Origin: Candidatus Gastranaerophilales bacterium
GTDB taxonomy: Bacteria; Cyanobacteriota; Vampirovibrionia; Gastranaerophilales; UBA9971
Assembly: GCA_028281965.1 (NCBI GenBank)
Contig: JANQIY010000400.1
Location: forward strand, 1 to 41,824
Direction: 5' to 3'
DNA: 41,824 bases
The position numbers and the translations under genes were made by a program. Shown piece by piece: positions 1 to 8,683 of this stretch. A model generated the notes under the pieces. It had not been told where the DNA came from. It was given only the letters and a program-made list of their open reading frames with translations, and made no database searches. Each line of letters starts with the position of its first letter. The stretch's first letter is position 1.

Positions 1-254
1 TAACCCCATTATGACTATTATAAAATAACTTTAGGGGTTTTAAAAAATATAAAACTTCCTATTTTATATAACAATTTATAAAAATGTAGGGAAGCAAGCG
101 CACAAACCCTCATTGCAGGCTGCGCTTGAGGACTATCAACACAGTTTGAAAAATTCAGAAAATTAACCGGTCTATAACTGGTTTTTAGCTAACCCGCCAC
201 CGGGGTTATTTAATTCCGATTACGAATTGCATATATTCAAGATTTGCCAAAAAA

Positions 255-578
255 CTAAAGGTATTTTTCAATGGTTGAAACAAGGTTCTGCTTTTGCATA
301 AGACCTACCAGCCTTTCAACAGCTTCACCTTTATTGAATATAAGAATACTCGGAATACCGCTTATACTGTATTCCTGGGCAGTGCGTATATTTTCGTCCG
401 TGTTAAGCTTTAAAACCTTAATTTTGCCTTTGTATTCCTCAGCTATTTCATCAATAATAGGAGAGATTTTCCTGCAAGGACCGCACCATGGCGCCCAGAA
501 GTCAACCAGCACAGGAACTTCCGCCTGTTTGACCTCCTGTTCAAAGCTTGCATCGTCTACTTTTATTGCATCAGACAT
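255..578 (-). CDS. trxA: Thioredoxin
   Basis: VLVDFWAPWCGPC active site. Start moved to ATG 578 (MSDAIK), preceded by AAGGAG; 107 aa. Confidence 0.95.
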   Translation of the reverse strand: MSDAIKVDDASFEQEVKQAEVPVLVDFWAPWCGPCRKISPIIDEIAEEYKGKIKVLKLNTDENIRTAQEYSISGIPSILIFNKGEAVERLVGLMQKQNLVSTIEKYL

Positions 579-676
579 TTTTTTCTCCTTAAAGTACAAA
601 AATGTTCGGGATTTACTATAGTATTATAAAATAATATAATACTATGACAAGTTAAAACCATTATAACCTCAAAAAA

Positions 677-1813
677 ATGAACGAAATTATTACAAAAGCA
701 AAAAAATTTCATCTGGGCATACTCGACAGGTATTTACTAAAACAGCTTCTGGAGACGTTTTTTCCCGGAATAGTCGTTTTTACCTCGCTGGTTTTCGCCT
801 CAGACCAGTTTTTATACCTTGTTAAGCAAATTTCCAATTACGGAATCCCTTTTAAAGTTGCATTTCTTGCTGTTCTTTTGCAAATGCCTTATATTATAGT
901 TTTTACAATACCCATGGCAATTTTGCTCGCTACAATCCTTACCTTTAACCGCTTTAACACCAACAACGAAATTACTATAATGAGGGCATGCGGGATAAAC
1001 TTGAGAAGACTTGCGCTTCCTGTTTTGATTTTTAGCTTTGCAGCAGCGATCAGCAGCTTTTTTATAAACGAGTTTGTTGTTCCGGCAGCAAATACCCAGG
1101 CAAGAAACCTTATGTTATGGGCTATAATGCAAAAAAACCTTCCTGATTCCAAAACAAACTTTTCATTTAAGGAGTTTGACGTTAACAAACAGCTGAAAAG
1201 ACTGTTTTATATAAATAAATATGAAAATAAAAACATAGAAGGCGTAACCGTGCTGGATTTGTCTCGCAAAGAGATGATACAGGTTATGCAGGCAAAGCGG
1301 GCCGAGGCTATGCCTGATAAGTGGAAGTTCTATGATGCTGTAAACTATACGATTTCCCGCAACGGAAAAATAATGAATACGGCAGTTTTCAAAGAATCCT
1401 CAATGAACACTGTTTTTAACCTTAATAAACTGAAAAAACTGCACAAAGCCGGGGAGCTAAACTTTTTCGAGCTGGCAAAATACATAAACAGTATAGAAAA
1501 AGAGGAAAAAGACAACCCTGAGCTTGCGGAACTTAGAATAAGGCTTTATGAAAAGATTTCACTGCCTGCAACGTGTTTTTTAATCTCCATTATAGGGATT
1601 CCTCTTGCTATTACACCTCCCAGAGCCAGGTTTAACAGGGGATTATTATTTAGCATACTTATAATATTCCTTTATTACATATTGAGAGCTGTATCAACAT
1701 CCCTTGGCGAGGCTCAAATATTGACTCCCCTGCTTGCCGCGTGGTCTCCAAACATAATTATACTTATTTCCGGTTGCCTGCTTTTTTATCAAAAAGAGTT
1801 TCTTGTAAGGTAA
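677..1813 (+). CDS. LptF/LptG (YjgP/YjgQ) family LPS export permease
   Basis: ILDRYL N-terminus, three TMs, NEITIMRACGI motif, soluble middle domain, three C-terminal TMs ending LAAWSPNII. Confidence 0.9.
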   Translation: MNEIITKAKKFHLGILDRYLLKQLLETFFPGIVVFTSLVFASDQFLYLVKQISNYGIPFKVAFLAVLLQMPYIIVFTIPMAILLATILTFNRFNTNNEITIMRACGINLRRLALPVLIFSFAAAISSFFINEFVVPAANTQARNLMLWAIMQKNLPDSKTNFSFKEFDVNKQLKRLFYINKYENKNIEGVTVLDLSRKEMIQVMQAKRAEAMPDKWKFYDAVNYTISRNGKIMNTAVFKESSMNTVFNLNKLKKLHKAGELNFFELAKYINSIEKEEKDNPELAELRIRLYEKISLPATCFLISIIGIPLAITPPRARFNRGLLFSILIIFLYYILRAVSTSLGEAQILTPLLAAWSPNIIILISGCLLFYQKEFLVR

Positions 1814-1915
1814 AATACAATTTCAATGAAAAGTATTTCCCCTTGTTTTAAATCCCTAAAATATCTGGTATAGTTTATAATAATTATGTAAAAATAAGAT
1901 TTTTATGGAAACATT

Positions 1916-2584
1916 ATGCAAGCAGTACCCAAAAATGTATTTAAATTTTTAATACAGGAAATTATAAGCCTGCCGGTATGGATAAAACAGATTATTTACC
2001 TTGAATTAAGGCAGCAACTTGAGTCTTCTGAGATGAAGAGTTATTTCAGGTCAACTTCAAAAGATAATTGTTTTCAGCTTTATATACCCAGGCTAACATA
2101 TGCGGGCAAAAAAGAAATTGAAAAAAGGACAGGTAATTATAAAGAGGGAGTTTATAGCTTACTGGAAGGCGCTTTTCAGGAATTAAGCATTATTGAAATA
2201 GCTGTCTCAAATAACTGGAGCTTTTATGAGTGTTCAAAAACATTTCTTGAAGCAGTTGACAATGAAGTTATCATCAACCCGACTTCACCTGTTATAAGAG
2301 GAACAGTCCTTTATATGGCAGGAAGAATAAGACTTGGCGAATACTTTGTTAAAATCGGCAAAATTAATATGGAACAACTTGATGAAGCGCTTAGAAACCA
2401 GAAATACATTGAAGATTCCATTGGAGACAGGCCGGGATTGGCAGATATTTTAATAGACCTTGAGTTTTTAACAAAAGAAGATACCGAAGGTATACTATTT
2501 TTGAAAAAAGACTCTGAAAGCGTATACAAGCCTACTTTGACAGAAGATAACGAGTTATTTGCAAAAATAGAAGCGGGAAATTAG
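1916..2584 (+). CDS. Hypothetical protein with a C-terminal MshEN-like motif
   Basis: RLGEYFVKIGKINMEQLDEALRNQ resembles the RLGxxLxxxGxIxxxxLxxxLxxQ MshEN repeat; the second repeat is degenerate. Confidence 0.55.
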   Translation: MQAVPKNVFKFLIQEIISLPVWIKQIIYLELRQQLESSEMKSYFRSTSKDNCFQLYIPRLTYAGKKEIEKRTGNYKEGVYSLLEGAFQELSIIEIAVSNNWSFYECSKTFLEAVDNEVIINPTSPVIRGTVLYMAGRIRLGEYFVKIGKINMEQLDEALRNQKYIEDSIGDRPGLADILIDLEFLTKEDTEGILFLKKDSESVYKPTLTEDNELFAKIEAGN

Positions 2585-2590
2585 GTTTTT

Positions 2591-3580
2591 ATGCAGCCCG
2601 AACCTCTTGTAATGACCGAGCGGGGAAACTTTCCGGAAAAGCTTCATTACGGGTTTATTCAGCTTATTAATGAAAATTCTGAAATTATCCTGAAAATCGG
2701 AGAGGGTGAAAAAACTCCTTTTCCTTTCCGATCAGGGGCAAAACCTTTGCAGGCAACGGCAGTTATTGACTCCCGGGCTTATGAATACTTTAATTTCACT
2801 GACAAAGAACTTGCAATCATCTGCGCCTCGCATGCGGGTACTTCTGTTCATATTGAAAAAGTTGCCGGGATTTTAAAAAAAATTGGGCTGGCCGGGGAAA
2901 ACTTACAGTGTGGAGCTCATATGCCCCTGGATGCCTCGGAAAAAGAAAATTTTATAAAACATGATGCACAGCCCAATGCTTTTCATAATAACTGTTCGGG
3001 AAAACATGCCGGCATGCTTGCTGTTTGCGTTAAAAATAACTGGGATGTTTCTGATTATCTTAATATTAGCCACCCTCTCCAGGAAATGATAATGCAAAAT
3101 ATCAAGGACTTGTGCAAGCTTGAAAAACTTCCTGAAACTGCGCTGGATGGATGTTCCGCACCCGTTCCCGTGATGCCTCATCACAATATGGGCGTCGGTT
3201 TTTTAAACCTGTTATTAAACCCCAAATACAGCCCGTTAAAAAATGCTATAGCCCAAAACCCATATATAATAGGGGGAAATAACAGACTGGACAGTGAAAT
3301 AATCGCGGCTTCCGGAGGGAAACTTATAGCAAAAGTAGCTGCAGAAGGGGTATGCATCGTGGCAAATCTCGAGCTCCGGCAGGTTTTAGTGGTTAAAATA
3401 ATTGATGCCGATTCCAAAGCACGTTCGATAGTCACAATTGATTCCCTCATAAAACTTGGCTGGTTAGGGAAAAAACAGGTTCAGTTGTCTGAAAAACTTG
3501 ATAATTTATATAAAAAACAGATTACAAACTGGAAAAAGCAGGTCGTAGGCGAGATAAAAACTCTTTTTATGAATTATTAA
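2591..3580 (+). CDS. L-asparaginase II family (Rhizobium-type, class 3)
   Basis: RSGAKPLQA, CASHAG, NNCSGKHAGML and DGCSAP motifs. Confidence 0.9.
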   Translation: MQPEPLVMTERGNFPEKLHYGFIQLINENSEIILKIGEGEKTPFPFRSGAKPLQATAVIDSRAYEYFNFTDKELAIICASHAGTSVHIEKVAGILKKIGLAGENLQCGAHMPLDASEKENFIKHDAQPNAFHNNCSGKHAGMLAVCVKNNWDVSDYLNISHPLQEMIMQNIKDLCKLEKLPETALDGCSAPVPVMPHHNMGVGFLNLLLNPKYSPLKNAIAQNPYIIGGNNRLDSEIIAASGGKLIAKVAAEGVCIVANLELRQVLVVKIIDADSKARSIVTIDSLIKLGWLGKKQVQLSEKLDNLYKKQITNWKKQVVGEIKTLFMNY

Positions 3581-3734
3581 AAAAACGGTAGTTAACCCCA
3601 ATCTCTAATTAGCCAAAAGCCAGGATATGACTATGCAATTAGCAACTCGAGTAGAATCGAGTTAGTTAAGTGAAATAAAAAGCCTTTATAGTTGAGATTA
3701 ACAAGTTTGAATATGTAGAGGTGATTTTGAAAAG

Positions 3735-3780
3735 TGGTGCGCCTGGCGGGATTCGAACCCACGACCTACGGCTTCGGAGA
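3735..3780 (-). repeat. att site: displaced 3' half of tRNA-Arg(CCG) including CCA (outer boundary of element A)
   Basis: 3738-3780 is identical to 37050-37092 (43 bp); on the minus strand it ends ...CCAGGCGCACCA. Confidence 0.95.
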
Positions 3781-3910
3781 TAGAATTAACGTTTTTTAGT
3801 GCATTTATCACGCCTAGTAAATTTTAGTTAAAATTCTTTGTTTATAAGGCTTTTCAGGCTTAACTATTTGCTTGTCTTTTGTTTGAATTTTCAGCTTGTT
3901 TCAGAATTTT

Positions 3911-3931
3911 TGAAACAAAATTGAAACAAAA
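3911..3931 (+). promoter_or_regulatory. Putative integrase arm-type sites (TGAAACAAAA x2)
   Basis: Tandem 10-mer with 11-bp period about 130 bp inside the att, the same geometry as the element B arm repeats. Confidence 0.45.
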
Positions 3932-4045
3932 AACAACTTTTTATATTTCTACAATATGTATGCGCTAAGAAAAAATTTATAATCTATATGTTGATTTTAT
4001 CACGTTGAATCGATTTTTTATAATTTAGATCAATTCTTAAAAAAC

Positions 4046-4122
4046 TGAGACCAACCAGAGGCTCCCTGTTAAAAGTTACGGAATACATATATATAAACTA
4101 ATATGCAAAATTAAAACCTTTT
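4046..4122 (+). repeat. 77-bp direct repeat, copy 1
   Basis: TGAGACCAACCAGA...AATTAAAACCTTTT; 68/77 identical to 5498-5574 by manual alignment. Confidence 0.9.
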
Positions 4123-4175
4123 ACTCCTGTACACTAGGCTGTTTGAATAAAATTTTTAAATTACCTAACAAAAAA

Positions 4176-5360
4176 TCAGGTAAGAAATTCAAGATAATTT
4201 TTTCTGTCGATTTTTTTAACTGTGGCATTTTCATAGTTATCAATAAATGATTTTGGAACTTTAAATTTTGCATTTTCATTCCATTTAAATTCATAGCCAT
4301 CAAGCTGTCCTGAATGTTCTTCGATATAATCAACTTCCTTGCCTGCATAAGTCCGCCAGAAATAAGAATTTACTAAGTTTTTATTTATTGAATTGTATTT
4401 TACTCTTTCAATAATACAAAAGTTTTCCCATAAAGCACCTGTATCCATCCTTATATCAAGAGGATTATAATTTTGTATAAGACTGTTTCTTATACCAAGG
4501 TCATAAAAATAAACTTTAATTTTTTTATTCAGCTCTTTTCGCGGGTTTCTGCTAAAAGACCATAAAATGTGAATTATAAAGCTTTCCTGTAACAGGTATA
4601 AATAATTGTCTATGGTATGAACGCTTACGCCTACAAGGTTTGAAAGTTCATTAATAGATACTTCATTGCCTACCTGTAAAGCCAACGCCTTAAGCAACTT
4701 TAGAATAATATCAGTTCTTTTCAGATTTTCTATTTCAAAAATATCTCTGTAAAGATAGCTGCTTGATACCTCATCAAGTTTATTTTGGGCTTCTGCTTCT
4801 GATTTTTCGTATAAAAGAGTAATAACTTCAGGATACGAACCGAACCTTAACAAATTTTCTAGAGTTGCGGGAGAAAACATATCATAATTTTTGCTTATTT
4901 CCTGAACAGAAGCCGGATAAAGCCTGAAAACCTTTGTTCTTCCTGTCATTGGCTCTTTTAGCTTGTTTCCCAAATCAAAACTGGATGAACCAGTTGCTAT
5001 AATTTGATATTCAGGATAAGTGTCAACTATAATTTTCAGGGTAAGCCCAATATCTCTTATCTTTTGGGCTTCATCAAGGATTATGATTTCTGAATTACCC
5101 AAAAAAGATTTAAGTTTAATATGGTCTGTTGTTTCAAGATTTTCCTTGTTTGAAATAAGTTCACAGTTTATATAACGAGCTTTTTCGGGATATTTATTCA
5201 GGATATTTTTTACAAGCGTGGTTTTACCAACTTGTCTTGCACCATAGATTATAATTGCGTTTCTTTTTGGGACAGGATGTTTAGTATAATTTTCAGCCTC
5301 CTGAATAATCTGATCTTCTACCTGTTTTTGAACAAGCCTGTTTATCATAACTTTCACCAT
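4176..5360 (-). CDS. AAA+ ATPase (AAA_14 + DUF4143 type)
   Basis: Walker A GARQVGKT, Walker B ILDEAQ, ATGSSS, KVYFYDLG, C-terminal EVDY...YEFK. Alternative start at 5348. Confidence 0.9.
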   Translation of the reverse strand: MVKVMINRLVQKQVEDQIIQEAENYTKHPVPKRNAIIIYGARQVGKTTLVKNILNKYPEKARYINCELISNKENLETTDHIKLKSFLGNSEIIILDEAQKIRDIGLTLKIIVDTYPEYQIIATGSSSFDLGNKLKEPMTGRTKVFRLYPASVQEISKNYDMFSPATLENLLRFGSYPEVITLLYEKSEAEAQNKLDEVSSSYLYRDIFEIENLKRTDIILKLLKALALQVGNEVSINELSNLVGVSVHTIDNYLYLLQESFIIHILWSFSRNPRKELNKKIKVYFYDLGIRNSLIQNYNPLDIRMDTGALWENFCIIERVKYNSINKNLVNSYFWRTYAGKEVDYIEEHSGQLDGYEFKWNENAKFKVPKSFIDNYENATVKKIDRKNYLEFLT

Positions 5361-5497
5361 TTTTATAAAAATTAACTTTGTACTTCAAATTTTAACACAA
5401 TTTTTTGAAGTAGAAAATAGTTTTTATTAGTTATTTCAAATTAAGTATTTTATAGAATGCTTTAGCATTAATACACTTAATTTATTTTTCTGTTTTT

Positions 5498-5574
5498 TGA
5501 GACCAACCAGAAACTCTCTGTTAAAAGTTATGGAACGCTTATATATAAACTAATATACAAAATTAAAACTTTTT
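5498..5574 (+). repeat. 77-bp direct repeat, copy 2
   Basis: Matches 4046-4122; the two copies bracket the ATPase gene. Confidence 0.9.
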
Positions 5575-5664
5575 GTAATTTGTAATTCAGAAAAATAAAC
5601 TTTTAGTGATTATTTACATGTTTTTTGTAAAATAAGTTTACGTCAAGTGTTTAAAGGAAATTTT

Positions 5665-6561
5665 ATGAGTGGAAGAACAATAAAACTCTTTATTATGGGA
5701 GATAAATACAAAAATCTTAAATCTGCTGAGTTAAGTAATTGGACAGGTAAAGCTTTTATTGGTGAAAGAAAGCATGTCCAAACTATTCAATCAGTTGAAG
5801 AATTACAAGCTCCCGGAATTTATTTTTTATTATCAACAAACGAAGAAACCAATCAGACTATTTTGTATATTGGCGAAGCTGATGAAGCAGCATCACGACT
5901 CAAGCAGCATCATAAAAAAGATTGGTGGGATAAATTTGTTGTTTTTACAAGCAAAGATTCTAATTTAACCAAAGCACATGTAAGATATTTAGAAAAAGAG
6001 TTCTATGAAGTTGCTAAGACAAATTTTACAACTATTGAATTAAAAAATGGCTCAACACCAACAGGCTCAAACTTGCCTGAATGTGATAAAGCTGATATGT
6101 CAGTCTTTAAAGACAACTTGATTTTTATTATGGATAACTTAGGTGTTATTAATTTTGCTCAACTTAATCAAGAAGAAAAAGCTTTAACAAAAGAAGAAAA
6201 AATATTTTATTTAAACCTTACTAAAGATAGAAAAGATAAAGACGGTAATTTCTTGGGCGCAAAACTTGTTATTACTGATAATGGATATAAATTGCTTCAA
6301 GGATCTTTTGTTGAAGCAACTCCTAGAGAAAGTTTTAAAACTCATAATTATTTTAAATTAAGACAAAAGCTTGAAAAAGAATTATTTACTACAAGCGAAG
6401 TGAAAGGAGCTTTAATCACAATAAAAGACATTCCTTTTACTTCACCGTCAGCAGCAGCTGCAATAGTTAAAAACAGAGCAATTAATGGCAAAGATGCCTG
6501 GAAATTAGAAGATGGAATCACAATAGATGAATATGAATCAGAGATTAATTTTAATGAATAA
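5665..6561 (+). CDS. GIY-YIG nuclease family protein with a DUF4357-like C-terminus
   Basis: PGIYFLL...LYIGEA...RLKQH...KDWW and C-terminal FTSPSAAAAIV...NG...WK. ATG 5665 follows AAGGA. Confidence 0.85.
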   Translation: MSGRTIKLFIMGDKYKNLKSAELSNWTGKAFIGERKHVQTIQSVEELQAPGIYFLLSTNEETNQTILYIGEADEAASRLKQHHKKDWWDKFVVFTSKDSNLTKAHVRYLEKEFYEVAKTNFTTIELKNGSTPTGSNLPECDKADMSVFKDNLIFIMDNLGVINFAQLNQEEKALTKEEKIFYLNLTKDRKDKDGNFLGAKLVITDNGYKLLQGSFVEATPRESFKTHNYFKLRQKLEKELFTTSEVKGALITIKDIPFTSPSAAAAIVKNRAINGKDAWKLEDGITIDEYESEINFNE

Positions 6562-6639
6562 TTTTATTTGAATTAATTAAAAACTTGTTTATAATAAAAA
6601 AGAGGCGCAAGCTGATTAAAGAACTATAAAATTATCTTT

Positions 6640-6675
6640 TGAAAAAGTACTATTAGCACAAGTAGTACTTTTTCA
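6640..6675. terminator. Bidirectional terminator-like hairpin
   Basis: TGAAAAAGTACTA-N10-TAGTACTTTTTCA, a perfect 13-bp inverted repeat between convergent genes. Confidence 0.6.
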
Positions 6676-6688
6676 TTTATTATGACAA

Positions 6689-8512
6689 TCATAATAAATG
6701 CTCCTCCTTTCTTAAAGTTTTTTCAATATAAAGTTCTGGATTTTGTAAAAAAACTTGCGCCTCATTAATTTTTTCTATATTCTCCAGAACCTGTTTAGCT
6801 ATTTCTTCTTGTTTCTCTGGTGGCGGTAAATAAATATCAAATTCAATAAGATCTTTTTCCTTTAACAAAAACTGTACTGTACCAGTCATAAATTTTCTTA
6901 CTTGACTTAAAAATAATTCGGAGCGCAGGTAATACCATAAATAAATAGGATTTATATTTCCTTTAGGTCGTAATACTTTAAAACCGTTTGAACAAATACT
7001 TCCATCTAGTTCTTCTGTAATATATGCTGAAACATGCGATTTTTCACCTAAATGACCTGAAACAGCTGTTATTACATCTCCTTTTTTTACTTCATAATAA
7101 GCCCTCCTGGGAGCTTCTTGGCTCAGTATTTTTTTTGGTTCTGTTACCTGCCCTGTTAATTTATTAACACTTGAAAGATCTATATAATTTATTTCCAAGT
7201 TTTCATTAAAAAGTTTATCGGATTTATTTTTAACTATTTCAGCTACTTCTCTTAATTTGTCTGTATGTTCTAAATCTGAAATTTCAGAAACTGCTTTAGC
7301 ATAATAGTTGTAAGAAAAATTTTCTGTTTTAATTAATGAAATTGGTACATCAAAACTATTTTTCTCTAAGTTTTCAATATCAAAATTAGTTTCATTTTCA
7401 AATTCGGAAAAAGTAATTGAGTAATCTATAATTTTTTCATTTTGAGAAGGTTTTTTTAATATGAAAACACTTGTTTTAACAGCAGCAAAAGGACGGAAAA
7501 CACCTAAAGGTAAAGAGATTATCCTTTCAATTTTGTAATTATTTTTAATCCAATATCTTACATATTCAAAATTTGTATTAAATAATATTCCTTCAGGTAA
7601 AATGATAGCAATTCGCCCGCCCTCTTTAAGATATTTTCTACTTTTTTCTAAAACTAAAGATTCATATGTAACTGTTTTTCTTAACTTGCCTGTATTAAAC
7701 CAGTTTTCATCGTTATCTTTTTTCCAGATATAAGCTAATTCTAAGGATTCGTAATCACTTTTATTATTCAATCTCGAATTAAAAGGAGGATTTGTTGCTA
7801 TGCAATCATATTCTGAAAATCTTTTTTCTTCTTGCATGTATTCATTATTTAATTTTGCTGATTCACCCAATAAAAAAACTTCAAAAGTTCTAATTAAATG
7901 GTTTAAGTCCGTATTTTCTTCATTTCCAAATATGTTTTCCGCTAAAAAATTTTTAATATATTCTTCATCAATCTTTTTATTTTTCTTTAGAACTTTATAT
8001 TTTTTTTCGAAAGCAGCTAATAAAAATTCGCCAGACTTTGCGGAAGGGTCAATAATTTTATCATCTAATTTAGGATTTGAAATATCTATTAGAAGTTCAC
8101 ATAATTCAAAGGGAGTTTTAATATAATTAAAAAATCGACTATCATCTGATTTTAGTAATTGTTTTATTAAGACAAATTTATCTTCCATTTTGAGATGTCT
8201 TATTTTTATATGCTTCATCGTATCAATTATAAATGCGAGTTGGCTCTCAGATAAGTTTTTGAATATATTTTTTGAAAAAAACAAAACTTCTCTAAAATGA
8301 ATTAAGTCTGATGTCGATTGAAGTTCAATGAAAATATCCCTAAAATCACTATTATTAATAAAGTATTTATTATTAAAGATTTTCTCATCTAATTCTTTAT
8401 AAATAAGCAAAGAGAAAATAGCTAAACTATCCATAGGACTTCGCATAATGCTAAAAGAATGATTTTTGATTTTTTCAACAGCTGTTATTACTTCTTGAAT
8501 GTTTTTGTTCAT
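6689..8512 (-). CDS. N6-MTase (HsdM-like) fused to a single HsdS-type TRD; SAM-binding motif degenerate
   Basis: KTP...IIDPSAKSGEFL, ATNPPF, GGRIAIILPEGILF, ISLPLGVF; C-terminal TRD (PRRA...VKKGDVI...CSNGF...LPPPEKQEEIA). Start moved to ATG 8512 after AAAGGA. Confidence 0.8.
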   Translation of the reverse strand: MNKNIQEVITAVEKIKNHSFSIMRSPMDSLAIFSLLIYKELDEKIFNNKYFINNSDFRDIFIELQSTSDLIHFREVLFFSKNIFKNLSESQLAFIIDTMKHIKIRHLKMEDKFVLIKQLLKSDDSRFFNYIKTPFELCELLIDISNPKLDDKIIDPSAKSGEFLLAAFEKKYKVLKKNKKIDEEYIKNFLAENIFGNEENTDLNHLIRTFEVFLLGESAKLNNEYMQEEKRFSEYDCIATNPPFNSRLNNKSDYESLELAYIWKKDNDENWFNTGKLRKTVTYESLVLEKSRKYLKEGGRIAIILPEGILFNTNFEYVRYWIKNNYKIERIISLPLGVFRPFAAVKTSVFILKKPSQNEKIIDYSITFSEFENETNFDIENLEKNSFDVPISLIKTENFSYNYYAKAVSEISDLEHTDKLREVAEIVKNKSDKLFNENLEINYIDLSSVNKLTGQVTEPKKILSQEAPRRAYYEVKKGDVITAVSGHLGEKSHVSAYITEELDGSICSNGFKVLRPKGNINPIYLWYYLRSELFLSQVRKFMTGTVQFLLKEKDLIEFDIYLPPPEKQEEIAKQVLENIEKINEAQVFLQNPELYIEKTLRKEEHLL

Positions 8513-8531
8513 AAGAGCTTTCCTTTTTGTT

Positions 8532-8609
8532 TCACACACGGTGTGTGATTCTATACATTTTATTTTAGCAGATGTTTTTCTTTTGTCAAGCTTTACACGT
8601 CGTGTGTGA
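8532..8609. promoter_or_regulatory. Sigma70 promoter of the M-S gene flanked by two operator-like palindromes
   Basis: Minus-strand TTGACA (8589-8584)-16-TAAAAT (8567-8562) with extended TG; TCACACAC-G-GTGTGTGA at 8532-8548 and TTACACGT-C-GTGTGTGA at 8593-8609. Confidence 0.65.
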
Positions 8610-8683
8610 AAAATTAGTTTGTTGGCAAAACTCTTTGTACTATAATCAAACTTAATTAATCCGCATAAAAAGAGGAATACATT

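Noticed and set aside
4046-5574. Direct repeats as a CRISPR array or integron attC sites
   Set aside because: Only two copies, 1.45 kb apart; no cas genes; no clear attC-type inverted core symmetry.
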